DNA of 62,165 nucleotides, counting the filler, from Globobulimina sp. (taxonomy: Eukaryota): the NCBI GenBank assembly GCA_003354225.1. It is 9 parts of 9 records of this genome, joined end to end, with 100 filler letters (N's around TTAATTAATTAA, not from the genome) between each part and the next. Parts side by side here need not be neighbours in the genome. Positions count along the whole stretch, not along the records: positions 41,569 to 48,375 come from PIVH01000235.1; positions 48,476 to 55,271 come from PIVH01000236.1; positions 55,372 to 62,165 come from PIVH01000237.1; 6 more parts are not named here. One strand, given 5' to 3'. Of this stretch, positions 43,729-55,428 are shown one piece after another. The notes beneath the pieces were generated by a model. The model saw only the letters and a program-made list of their open reading frames with translations. It ran no database searches and was not told the origin of the DNA. The translations under genes were made by a program, and so were the position numbers. The number at the start of each line of letters is the position of its first letter. The stretch's first letter is position 1.

Positions 43729-45363
43729 ATGGAACCTCAATTTTCAAGTCCCACACAAGAAGAACCAATGAAATTGTTGGTTCATAACGTTTCTCATGCC
43801 GACCTCTGTGTTACCATTCAGCCATCCTCTGTTATTGGAATTAATCAAAACAGAGAACTAATGGCAAGACCACGATCCTCCCGCTTTAAGCATGTCTGCG
43901 ATGAAATACTAACTGCAATCAAAAAAGGTGCAAAATATGATGGCATCACATACAACGATCAACAGAACAAAGCAAAATATGTTGGTTTTATTTTCGATCC
44001 ACCGCAACGTTTATGCTCATGGAGCGATTTTACAATACGAGACCCAAACACTAGAACCATATCCGACTCATTATCATGCCAAATTGTACGCGTATTCTTC
44101 CCTTTAATGAGTGTAATTGTGCCCAAATGGATATCATTGGTATCATTCCCCACATTCCATACAACCATATTCCATGATATTATTCGCGCGCCAGTCGTAC
44201 CAAAATATGACCTCAATTCAAATAACGAAATTGAATGTTGTTCCATTGCAAGCGATCAAAATAACTATTTGGAGCATATGGAAGAAATGAAAATGGAGTT
44301 CAACACCATTTATAAATTATATATAGTCTCCGGTGCCGGACACCCTTTAAACAAAAAGAAAATATATTATCAGGACGACTCGACCCAGCAATTAGCGCAG
44401 TTATTATGCAGATTTATCAAAGATTTCTATCCACAAATTATCGTCAAACAATTCTTTAGTGAGCAAGACATATTCCACTATTTCGAAAATATAAAGTTTG
44501 TCCACTCTCAGTTGCGTCCAGCCATCGACAAAGAGCGAGCATCATTGGCCTCCATCCATGGCAAGCATTGGGCGAAATATTTCAATCTATCCATTACACT
44601 CTGTGATGGAACGCCGGCTCGTTTGTCTGCCATCATTCAAGGTTTGCGATCCTTTAAACCCGACATGTTGCACATGTTTAGACGCAAATCATTATGGGTT
44701 GATTTCCCCGCAGTGGATAAGTTATGGGAAACAGATTTTGAATTCTTAAAATTTAATCAGATGGAAACTTATCCCGCCATCCCTTTGCATGAAATACATG
44801 AGGAAACCATATTGAATGTGGTGGACGAAATGCGTAAATGGAAGAAAGCTTTTATTGAGTCAGCGGTCAGAAATGGACAGTCTGAAATGAGTCGTTTTTG
44901 GTTAAGGAAAACGCACCAACCGGTATTGGCTGTGTTGTCTGTGCAGAAAAGCTGTGATAAACAAGCAACTTATTACAGAGGGGTCAATGTCGAAGTGTCT
45001 ATGCCCACTGGTTCTTTGTGTGCTGAACGCAATGCGATTGGCACTGCGCTTGCTGCCGATCCTTCGCTGAGAAGAGAACATTTTAAAATGATTGCGGTGC
45101 TGTTTATGGGTGAATTGGATAAAGATAAATCAGCAAATACTGTGCCGAATACTCCGCTGATAAATGGTATGAGTGCAATGACACCGATTAGCAAAAGAAC
45201 ATCTTATATACAGGAATTCGAACCGGATGATTGTAATCCAAGGGGACCATGTGGAAGTTGTATGGAATGGTTGACTAAAATTTCCCAATGTAATCCGACT
45301 TTTAAGGTGATTACATTTTCGAGTAGAGCTCTCGAAGAGGTCATTGTAAGGAATTTACAATAA
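43729..45363 (+). CDS. Large protein with a C-terminal cytidine deaminase (CDA-like) domain
   Basis: YRGVNVE, SLCAERNAI and PCGSC zinc-deaminase motifs after a ~380-aa unrecognised N-terminal region. Confidence 0.8.
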   Translation: MEPQFSSPTQEEPMKLLVHNVSHADLCVTIQPSSVIGINQNRELMARPRSSRFKHVCDEILTAIKKGAKYDGITYNDQQNKAKYVGFIFDPPQRLCSWSDFTIRDPNTRTISDSLSCQIVRVFFPLMSVIVPKWISLVSFPTFHTTIFHDIIRAPVVPKYDLNSNNEIECCSIASDQNNYLEHMEEMKMEFNTIYKLYIVSGAGHPLNKKKIYYQDDSTQQLAQLLCRFIKDFYPQIIVKQFFSEQDIFHYFENIKFVHSQLRPAIDKERASLASIHGKHWAKYFNLSITLCDGTPARLSAIIQGLRSFKPDMLHMFRRKSLWVDFPAVDKLWETDFEFLKFNQMETYPAIPLHEIHEETILNVVDEMRKWKKAFIESAVRNGQSEMSRFWLRKTHQPVLAVLSVQKSCDKQATYYRGVNVEVSMPTGSLCAERNAIGTALAADPSLRREHFKMIAVLFMGELDKDKSANTVPNTPLINGMSAMTPISKRTSYIQEFEPDDCNPRGPCGSCMEWLTKISQCNPTFKVITFSSRALEEVIVRNLQ

Positions 45364-45736
45364 TTAATATAACATTATTTAAATTCTTTTTTTTTGTATT
45401 TTTTGCGTGTACGTTTGTTATTTAAAAGGGCGGGAAGGATATTAATTGTATACTTACTTGCTTCAAGGTAATTATAACCACATTTCATACATATTTTCAA
45501 AATATCCCTTCCATCTTTTGCCCTCTCACTTTTCCATTTTTCGCTGGTGTGTGTGTGTGTTTTAATTGTTGTTTAAATAACAATTATTAAAATAATTTAT
45601 TATTGTATACTACCTTATCTTAAAGTTACTAAACTACATAAATACTCATTTGTTTTGTTACATTTCACTATGCACGACTACGTATGTATATATATAAAAA
45701 AACAAAAACAATTTGAAGTTTCGACAAATTAAACTT

Positions 45737-47240
45737 TCAATCAGTCCATTTTACCAATCTTTCTAGCACTAATGTAGTAAATATTTGCGCACCGACAGGT
45801 AAACATCTTTCATCCAATCTAAAGTCACAGGAATGATGTACAAATGTTTTATCCCCATCCACACCGCATCCCAACAAGAAGAAACATCCCGGCCTTTCCT
45901 GTAAAAAGAATCCAAAATCCTCAGAAATCATAGTTTTATAATATTCGTCATTTATAACACCACTTTCAAAGTTATCAATATTTGCCGATGGTATAACCTG
46001 ATTTATAGATTTCCTCACCAAATCACAGCATTCTTTATTCCGATTAATAACGGGCGGAAACAGTGGCGTAGTTTGTTTATATTCAATTTTAACACTAAAA
46101 CTCTGTTCGATTCCAATACAAATCTTCCTAACCCTTTGCATCAATACTTCGTAATCATTACTATCAAACCATCGCATAGTCCCATAAAGACTCCCTTTAT
46201 CCGCAATAACATTTGCTTTATATCCACTGGATATTTTACCAATAGTTAATACAGCGGATTTAAGAGGATTCAAATTGCGCGATACAATGGTATGTAACTG
46301 TTGGGTCAAATGACTGATCGCAACAATCACATCATTTGTATTTTGAGGTATTGCTCCATGACCACCTTTGCCATGAACATCAATCTCAAACATAATACAG
46401 CCAGCCATCACTGCTCCATTTACAACACGTAAACTGCCAAATTTATCATAGGACCATACGTGTAAACCATAAACTTGATCCACATATGGTTCAGACAAAA
46501 TATTGCCTTCTTCGATCATTTTCTGTGCGCCAGCACCGCCCTCTTCGCCTGGTTGAAATACAAATTTTACACTGCCATGCAATAAGTGTTTAAGTGAGGA
46601 TAAGATCTTTGCTGCACCACACAAAATGGCTACGTGTGCGTCATGGCCACAGGCATGCATTACACCTTTGTTTTTCGATATAAATTTCTCATTTTCTGCT
46701 GTTTTACGTTCTTCAATGGGTAAAGCATCCATATCTAATACATAGACATGCAGCAAAGTGCAAGGATGGAGTAATAAAATGGACATACTTTACATACCGG
46801 CTCTAAGCATAATGCATGGTCCATCATGATCGCCTTTAAGCAATCCAACCACACCGGTACCCGCTACTTTTGTTTTCGTCTCGATTCCTAAATCGCGGAG
46901 ATATGCTTCAATGTTATTGGCCGTGTTTTCTTCTTTAAATTTTAGTTCTGGATTGGTATGGAAATAGCGCCGGATTTGTTTTATTTCCTCTCTAAATATT
47001 ATATATTGGCAATATGAATCAGAATATCAACGATGAATGAAAAATAAAATAAAATGATGTGTTTATTATTGAATACCGTATGTCAAACACTTGCGGCGAG
47101 ATCACGATTGGGAATTTTGTGTTAAAATATTCTTTAATGTCTGATTCTGATGTGGTTGATTTTATTGCTATTTGTTGTTGTTTTTCGTCGTTTTTATTTT
47201 CCTTTGATTCATTTGTTTGTGGTTGCTGTTCATTGCCCAT
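45737..47240 (-). CDS. M20D-family amidohydrolase, three exons
   Basis: [11 protein letters not shown] and TGVVG in the middle exon, LRA|DMDALP across an intron, [28 protein letters not shown]. Confidence 0.92.
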
Positions 47241-47305
47241 TCTCTATTCAAGAAAAACTTCACTAAAACTATTTTCAATTTTTCATTCCGCTCAGTTAAC
47301 TGATC

Positions 47306-48037
47306 ATGGGCAATGAAACAAGCTTCCCTGAGGTCACGACATCTGAGTATATATTAGATTTTTGGGTGGCAATGGAACCAACCATGAAAGCAGCGCAAAA
47401 CGTAATTGAACATATAGGAATCAGCTCTGATTTTTCGGAACGCGCATCAGCGTTTGAAGGAAGAAATAAAATACGCAATGATATAACACAATCATTAATC
47501 AACGCTGAACCTGCTTTAATGAGAAAATACTCGCTGTTGGTCAACATTGAAAGATTGGTTTACGGATTTGGTGCAATTGCAGTGGTTTGCATTGTTATCG
47601 TTGTTTTACTGGGAGGTAAATTAAATGATACAGATATTGCATTATTAATTGTATCAGGAAGTATATTGGCAATTTTCATTTGTGCTTTTCATTTTTATTT
47701 CGTAAAGAAACAAGCGATTGTGACCAAACTATGGAGAGATGCTGCGGTTGAATCATTAACATATAATTTGGACACTTGGAAAGAAACATATTCAGTGTAT
47801 AATTATTCGTATAGTGTACTATATCCTATTCAAGTATTGTTGACAGAACAAGGATCATCAAGGAAGCGAGTTGTTGGGATCTGTGCATTTGTTCGAGTTT
47901 CAATGGGAAATGAGGTAAAACATAGTGATACAGAGCCAATTCATGCCACCACAAAAATTGCTGAACATAAATTGATTGTCACAAGTCAAGATACGCAACA
48001 AACGTTAACGTTTGACGAAACTGATCATTTGAAATAG
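47306..48037 (+). CDS. Hypothetical two-TM membrane protein
   Basis: 243-aa ORF with two adjacent hydrophobic helices. Confidence 0.65.
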   Translation: MGNETSFPEVTTSEYILDFWVAMEPTMKAAQNVIEHIGISSDFSERASAFEGRNKIRNDITQSLINAEPALMRKYSLLVNIERLVYGFGAIAVVCIVIVVLLGGKLNDTDIALLIVSGSILAIFICAFHFYFVKKQAIVTKLWRDAAVESLTYNLDTWKETYSVYNYSYSVLYPIQVLLTEQGSSRKRVVGICAFVRVSMGNEVKHSDTEPIHATTKIAEHKLIVTSQDTQQTLTFDETDHLK

Positions 48038-48475
48038 CTAACATACTATAATTGTATTGTCACAAACTGTATATGTTTACTGTTAAATTTTGAGTATTAA
48101 AGAGTGAAAAATTAGCATTTTGAAGTGTTTTTATTTTTGTATACTGTAATCTGTTTTAAAACCAGTTTACTTTTTTCATGGATTGTTTTGATAGTTATCA
48201 TCTCTGATCATGAACATGTCTGGATGGAAAATAATCACTATTGAGCCGAGGATTTTTGCTCAAATCCGCCGCTTTTCCCAGCAAACCGCTCACCAAAATA
48301 TAATGGTATCAGATGAAAGCTGAGATGGAGCTTTATCAAGTTATGGAATAATTATTGTATCGGATTTTTATTATTNNNNNNNNNNNNNNNNNNNNNNNNN
48401 NNNNNNNNNNNNNNNNNNNTTAATTAATTAANNNNNNNNNNNNNNNNNNNNNNNNNNNNNNNNNNNNNNNNNNNN

Positions 48476-49425
48476 TCAAAATGAGGAATATATCTTGCAA
48501 AGGAAAACACGCCGCTTCCCGCCTTATATCTCGCTTGTCCAAATACAAAATTCCATGATTCCTTGGGATACAAAATAATCTCTCATGCTTTCCTCTGATC
48601 GCTACTAATTTGTCGTGGATAGCAGTGGTTAATAATTGCTTAGCTCCGCTGGCATTGTTATATCTTGACGTGATGTCACTGCATTTCATTGATTCAATTA
48701 TTGTAACTTTCATACCATAGTATACCTCGACGATGCTCGATAACATTGTAAATAAGCTATCTTCGCACAATTCAGAGTTATTGCAATTTATTTTCGTTTC
48801 ATTTTCGGGGTTTCCATTATATTTATTACTTAGATCTAGATTCAGATTAAAATCACCGATGGAAATAAGGCCGATAGAATCCAATTTATTTGATGGATAT
48901 CTTGGTTCTCTACGAAAATATTCCAGAAAAGTTTGGCCTTTTCTATCTTTTATATGGTTATCTAACCAATCACCATTCTTTGGAGCGAGCTTTGGTGTAA
49001 AAAATGAATGCCAGTATTTGCTATCTATTATAATGCCAATAACAGACTTTTTGGATGGGATTGGAATTGGAATAATTTTACTCTTTCTATATGGTATTTG
49101 ATTCATGGCTGCCATTGCGCAGTGCTTTGCGTTTGGTGGTCGCCATACAGCGTTGGGGTTTGATGTGATTCTTAAATATTATTTATTGTCATTTAATATT
49201 GGTTATATACGTATTTGTTAACTGTGCGTTTTCAGGAATATAATCAGATGGTTTATCGACTTTATCCTGCAGTTTTTTCATTAATTGAGCAGTATTTGCG
49301 CTATTCATATTTATTAAGGATTGTAGATTTTCTTCCATTTTCTCAATTGCAGATAATGTTGCCTCCAATTTGGAGGACTTACACTTTTCATGTCCTTGTT
49401 TATTAGGATCCCGTTCCTCTGACAT
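48476..49425 (-). CDS. Archaemetzincin (peptidase M54)-like protein, N-terminal part, two exons
   Basis: PKNGDWL..H....GQTF..Y and SR.....KQLLT..I...L.......FCI resemble archaemetzincin-2; the HExxH motif is not reached before the contig end. Confidence 0.65.
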
Positions 49426-49552
49426 TCCAAAAGAATTTGACGGGTAAGTTTTTCATTAATTTTGTTCGAATTCATGCACCAAAAAATATGCAAAATTCAA
49501 GTCAACCAAACAATTAAACAAGAATTTAATTCGCGGCATCAACATCAAACAT

Positions 49553-50375
49553 TTACGGTTGAGTCATTTGATCGATATCCATATATGTTTTAACCACTTG
49601 GTTCAGTTCATTCGAGTTGACAAATTCTATCATTCTGTGCGCATCTGTCTCATTATCGACTCTATTCAATTCGAACTTGTCCTCATTATATTGTACAATC
49701 AATTCACTGTCACGAATATCTATGATGCCATCATTAACTCCATGATATATTATATAACCATTTTTTATTATATTTTGTAGAAACAGTTAGCATACTTTGT
49801 ATAAATTCATTTTGTGGATGCTTAGGTTTATCCAATTTTGTATAATCAATTTGTTGGCAGTGACAGACAGATTGCATTTGTAAGTAAGCCGGACATAATA
49901 ATATCATAGGTCCACTCCATATATTTTCTTTCAATATTTCGAAAGCAACGGCAGCGCCCCATGATGAGGAGATAATTATATCGGGATCAAATGCACAAAT
50001 TGCTGCTCTCTGCATATTCAAACATGACTTGAATGATCTCCATACAATCAATGCTTTGAATTTATGTCGGAATATAATCAAAACTAAAATGTATAAACAA
50101 ACAATTGCATATAAAATATAAATATAATTTGTGTTACTGTTTATATCGTAAATAATAGCAAATATTAGCAAAGCAATGAAAGCACAGAATGGCAGCAGGT
50201 GCTGATGCAATAATTTCATCAAAAAACTGTTATGTGTTTTGTGTCCCTTCACTTTAAGAGTATATAAATTCATATCAGGTACATAGACATTAAAATCTTT
50301 TTCTAAAGCACTCACTTTTTTGCTATTTGGACAACTTTTAAGACCATGAATGAATAATACTTTCAACTGTGACAT
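49553..50375 (-). pseudogene. Alpha/beta-hydrolase (YqiA/UPF0227-like) with two inserted TMs and an apparent +1 frameshift near 49750
   Basis: FIHGL and ISSSWGAAVA nucleophile elbow in one frame; YHGVND and DAHRM continue in another frame to TAA at 49553; no AG acceptor in between. Confidence 0.6.
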
Positions 50376-50524
50376 TGTTAGTTGTTGCGTATGAATTTGA
50401 AGACAGAAAACTGCAGAAAACCAACACGTGATATTATATTTTCGGAATAGTAATAGCAAACAACACTGTATAAAATAGGTGCTATGACCCTATCAACACC
50501 GTACTTAGTTGATATAAGTGTCAT

Positions 50525-51214
50525 TTATCTGGAATCCAGCAATTGAATATGATCATTGTTATATAAAACGACAATTAATCGATACGGAGTATTCATGATA
50601 TTTTTAAATGCAATTCCTTGATCTGCGCCATTAACAACAAACTGAATTGTTAAATCTTTCATATTTAAATGAATTTCGATGATATCATCCGGATATAAAA
50701 GAACGCCATACTTTTTCCTAAAGTTTTTATGTCGAATTTCTTTTGAATATCCCCAATATGAATATCCTTCATATGGCATCATATCAAACCGTTTCTCCAT
50801 CGCAATAAATTTATCTTTTTGTGAGAAAACATTTTTATTCGGAACAATACCAATCAATGAACCAAATTTACTCTCATTGCATCGGCCAATTTTTAATCTC
50901 CAAACATTTGTGAAATCAACTGATATTTTGCCACAAATTGATGTATTCCACCTATGACAATTATTGGTTCTTTTGATCCATTTCTTGTGTTCACCAAACA
51001 CGCAAATACATTTTGTATGATTTGATTCCAGAGACCATTCCTCGTTCAATAATGAACCGAGAAAAGATGCACATAAAAATCTGATGCTATCTGGGAATAC
51101 TTTATTATTATTCTTTAATGACTCAAAATGTTGACGAATATACCAACATATTGTGAATTCTGTCGCAATCGCTTGATTACAAGAATTGGCGCAGTCATTT
51201 GCACTTGGTAGCAT
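50525..51214 (-). CDS. SPRY/B30.2-like domain protein
   Basis: WRLKI, LIGIV, YG......DIIEIHLNMKDLTIQFVVNG.DQGIAF. Confidence 0.75.
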   Translation of the reverse strand: MLPSANDCANSCNQAIATEFTICWYIRQHFESLKNNNKVFPDSIRFLCASFLGSLLNEEWSLESNHTKCICVFGEHKKWIKRTNNCHRWNTSICGKISVDFTNVWRLKIGRCNESKFGSLIGIVPNKNVFSQKDKFIAMEKRFDMMPYEGYSYWGYSKEIRHKNFRKKYGVLLYPDDIIEIHLNMKDLTIQFVVNGADQGIAFKNIMNTPYRLIVVLYNNDHIQLLDSR

Positions 51215-51304
51215 TTGAAAACTTTAAATTTTTAAAGCAGCTGAGGGAGCATTAGAAATAATTATCATAATCCAGTAATAATTTAACAGATATAAATATG
51301 AAAT

Positions 51305-51350
51305 ATCAGCATAATTCGCTATAAATAATCAACATAATTCGCTATAAATA
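51305..51350. repeat. 23-bp tandem duplication in a divergent intergenic region
   Basis: ATCAGCATAATTCGCTATAAATA / ATCAACATAATTCGCTATAAATA. Confidence 0.8.
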
Positions 51351-51398
51351 TAGTATTAAAATCCACACCAAATCTTCTCCTCAACCTCAAAATTCAAC

Positions 51399-52372
51399 AT
51401 GACAGCTTTACCAATCGGCAGTAATAGTGTCAGCATCGATGATTTCCCACTTTTGCATCCCAAATCATTTCAATTCGGTTGCATTTATCCAGATTGTGAG
51501 CTGGTATTTACATTAACGAACAATTTATATAATCATATCCGTGATCATAAGAAAGAATTAATTTGTCCTGTATGCAATATCGAATTTAAATGTATGGCGT
51601 CACTCGTTTATCACGTCCGCACCCACACTGGATCCAAACCGTACATTTGCCCATTACCAAACTGTAAATTTGTGACTGCGACAAAAGGAAATCTGAAAGC
51701 GCATTTATTAGCAAATTCACACAAGTTAAGTAGTGTGTAAACCATCTTCGAATTTTTGAAATAAAAACTTGTTTGTAATTTCACAGAGAAATAATGTCAT
51801 TGGACTTATTGAATGTGATCTTATCATTGGATACAAATCATGCGAGGCCTGAAGTCAATTTACAAGCTCCAAGACAGCGCAAAAAAAGACTGCAGTCCCC
51901 TGATGACAATGCGTTTCGCCAACCACCAAGAAAAAGAAATCGTTCTTCTGAATCGGTTGAATTGGGACAAGTTACAAATCCATTCTTTGCATCCGGACTT
52001 AATACAAGCAATTTTTATCAACAACGATCGCCTGCAACAAGTTTAACCCATCAATGGCAAGATTTTAATTTTATGTCATCGGCAAGAATAAAAGTAGCAA
52101 AACGAAAAGATGACAGAGAAGATTTAACAGTCAGAATTAAGAAGCGATTGTACGACTCGATAAATCAAATGAACGATGGTAATTTTTTAATGGTATTAGG
52201 TGATGAATCAACCAGCGGTTTTTATGCACGCAATAAATTTGGAAGATCAACATTTCTGCGTAACAGCAACAGCAATACACCACCGTTTGGTATTGATGTC
52301 CGGACACAGACACATAGCAGTTCTGAAGAACCAAAGTATGAGCATGATTTGGAATTGATTGCACCTTTGTAA
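51399..52372 (+). CDS. C2H2 zinc-finger protein (three fingers), two exons
   Basis: CIYPDC..H..H, CPVC..HVRTHTGSKPY, CPLPNC..H; intron GTTAAG...TCACAG. Confidence 0.88.
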
Positions 52373-52568
52373 TATAATAACATTTTATTTTAAAACAACT
52401 GTACTATTTTTAATAATATTCTGTTTCTTGTTTCTGCAATGAATTATACGCGAATTCATAAATAATAATATAAATTAATGATTAACACTACACATAAAAA
52501 ATGACGATTGTGTTTGTTTTCCCGATATGAGTGAAAACTTCCCAGTGCACTGTGATTGTGAGTGAAAG

Positions 52569-53315
52569 ATGGGTGCTGCTGCATTTGTAGAATTTGATAC
52601 TATTAGTCAACGTGTAATGGATTTAGTCGCCGGATATTTCCGCGAATTAAGTCAATTATATGATGCAAACCTTACATATTATCAAGGCTCCCAATTGATT
52701 CTTCATGAGTGTGTTAAATACAATGGTCATTTTATTGGATTTTATTTTCAATCAAGAATGCCGACTGTAAAATGTTTACCATCGCACATATCAATGAGAG
52801 CTATATGTAATCATCAAAATAGATATCAGAATGTAATAAATGCAAATGTTAAAAGTGACGAAGATGCATGTTTTGATAATGTAGTTGCATTTGGTAATAT
52901 TATCGTTGATCAACATTTAAAATTAGAAACAGTATTATATGATTGGAGTTTTTTGTTACTCCCATTATTGGCAAATGATGAAAGCTATGAAACAGGGGAA
53001 CGTGAAATAGATATTGAAATTGGATTAATATCAACGTCAAACGACAAATATGAGGCAGTATATTCATCGAATGGTACTCTGACGTACAGAGATAATATGG
53101 GAGTGAGGAATACAGCACAGAGTGAGCCATATAACATGAATGATTGTATTAATATCCAGTTAAATAGTCAGGAGGCAACAATTAAGTTTGTTAAAAACAA
53201 TAAACATGTCTCGATTTGTGAGAACATTAATATTGACAAACAACTGTTGTTAAAGATAGCAGTTACATCAAACTGCCAAATTCTTTTGGATAATTTTAAA
53301 ATGACAAAGTTATAA
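52569..53315 (+). CDS. Divergent SPRY-like domain protein
   Basis: YDWSF, IEIGLI, YNMNDCINIQLNSQEATIKFVKN. Confidence 0.6.
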   Translation: MGAAAFVEFDTISQRVMDLVAGYFRELSQLYDANLTYYQGSQLILHECVKYNGHFIGFYFQSRMPTVKCLPSHISMRAICNHQNRYQNVINANVKSDEDACFDNVVAFGNIIVDQHLKLETVLYDWSFLLLPLLANDESYETGEREIDIEIGLISTSNDKYEAVYSSNGTLTYRDNMGVRNTAQSEPYNMNDCINIQLNSQEATIKFVKNNKHVSICENINIDKQLLLKIAVTSNCQILLDNFKMTKL

Positions 53316-53327
53316 CAACAAACGTTA

Positions 53328-55163
53328 TCAATGAAAAAAGTGGTTTCCTACCAATAATCTGGCATGTACCGGATCGTCAGAGTCATAATCAAAGTGAGCA
53401 TTGCTTTCTTCATCTTGCTTTTCATCCTCCTCAATGAACGCAGTTGAACTTTCTAAATCTACCTCTAATTCTGCTGAACGTATCATATTTCCCTTTTCTG
53501 TTTGGCAAATCACAACAATATAACCTTGAAACGCATCTGGCGGTGACAGAAATAGCATATGCGTATTGTTACCAAATTCTGGAGCTAACAGTAAAGCCTC
53601 TGATACTCTGATACCAAAATAGTGTGCTCTCTGATACTCTTCGTCATCATCTCCCAATAGATAATACTGATAATAACCTCGTCTGTGGACCTGTGTGATG
53701 TACGCATGCCGTCCATCGACATTACCAAGTTGCATAACCAATTGTCGATCTTCATTGATTCCGTCTATTTCAGCCAACGAGAGCGTATTTTTAAATTTTC
53801 CAATGTCACTTACATCTTTGATTGGTGTGCTGATAAAAACGCCATTGTCTAAATGACCGATTACAACCACATTAACATAATTCGCATTTGCTGCTAAATC
53901 TATTTCCCAGCAATAGGCGATAGACCCATTTGCAAAGTGTATATCAGAAAATGTGACAACTTCATTTGCGATGATTGTGTAGCTTTCATTCTTTGAGGAT
54001 TGTGAATATGCACTGTATATTCCAGGAGTATCAATGTTTGAACACATCAGTTCCCCCCAACTTAATTGTTTGCCAAATGTTCCAATTTGTTGCGCAGTGA
54101 AAGATTCTTGTAATGCATTGCAAAAAAAGACTGGTGTTCGCAAATATCCTTTGTTCGTTTCGCAAATTGCAACCAAACGACCGGTAAAATGTACTTTTGG
54201 AAAGTTAGCGTCATATAATTTGTCATTCCATCCTGGCCCCAACATTAGCACATCTCCAGACAGTCTGCGGTATTCTTTGTCATCGTTCTCTGAAAAATAA
54301 TATGCGTAATAGCCTGTGCGGTCGACGTGTGTTTGGAAGATTGTATGTTGATCATTATACAGCCTCTTAATTTTAGCTAATTCCATATCGATCAGTGATA
54401 TCTGGTCAACAGACATACTTTGTGGAAATCTGCCCATACCCTTTACATCTTTAATTGCTGTACGAGCAAGAGCTCCATTTTCAAACTGACAGATTACCAC
54501 AACACTGCACAATTCGGCAGGAATTTTCCAGTCAATAAAATGTAATTCATCGTTTTTTTGCAATGTATCCATAGAAACATCAATTTGAAACATGACATTA
54601 TGTAAATAAACATCCAATTCTGCTGACTGTGCATAGAGAGCATATGTGCCAGCTCGCGTTTTATGCATTATTGACCGGAACATTTGTTCTCCCCATTCTA
54701 ATTCTTCTGGTATCTGATCCACAATGTACTGCTCAGTCCACTTAGGTGTAATTTCAGTGGCTTGGGGCTGTGGAATTGCACCACATATCTGTCATATCAT
54801 ATCATTATCAGTTGTGGCACCAATTATAATGTAGTTACAACTCTCAAATGCATTTACTTCCATCAAATAGTTAGTTGGAAGTTCTTGAGGAGTTATCTGG
54901 AAAACAGTTCGTTGAACTCGAGAAAAGTCCGTTTCATTTTGCATTCTTTGATACAATGCATAATAGCCTGGTTCATTAATATCAATACTAATACGCATAC
55001 GTTTAATGGGTATTGGATGTTTTGTAGCGTTTAATGTTGATTTGAATGATTCGATTTGTTGCTGGCTGTATGAATGTTGGAATACCGCTAAAATACAATT
55101 CACATTTAGTAATAACATTAAATACATTCTAAAATTAGTTGATTTGAAAATCTGTAAACTCAC
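53328..55163 (-). CDS. Putative secreted protein with ~5 internal repeats, interrupted by one in-frame TGA (54792-54794)
   Basis: ORFs 54792-55163 and 53328-54722 are in the same frame, separated only by TGA; signal-peptide-like N-terminus; repeated G.YA.Y and V.IC...G...R motifs. Confidence 0.65.
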
Positions 55164-55428
55164 TTTTGGATTGGTTTTGCGGCGATTTATAACTGCGGTT
55201 TTCCGTTCAATTTGGGAAGGAAAATAGGTTAATAATAAAATGTTAATGGTTCCCGATGAAACACAACCTTTNNNNNNNNNNNNNNNNNNNNNNNNNNNNN
55301 NNNNNNNNNNNNNNNTTAATTAATTAANNNNNNNNNNNNNNNNNNNNNNNNNNNNNNNNNNNNNNNNNNNNAACATCACTTCTGACATTATCTCAACATT
55401 TAGCAACTAGGATGAAACCCTGTGATCC

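Noticed and set aside
48476-48570. Novel C-terminus of the archaemetzincin-like protein
   Set aside because: Family similarity stops abruptly after FCI within 100 nt of the contig end; more likely a chimeric or misassembled end.
54792-54794. Genome-wide stop-codon reassignment
   Set aside because: TGA, TAA and TAG all terminate conserved genes here (e.g. TGA ends the GH47, PPR and ABHD genes), so one in-frame TGA does not support a code change.
6850-55371. Regularly spaced TTAATTAATTAA repeats as a biological repeat, att site or array
   Set aside because: Always centred in identical N padding between length-sorted contigs; a standard six-frame-stop concatenation linker.
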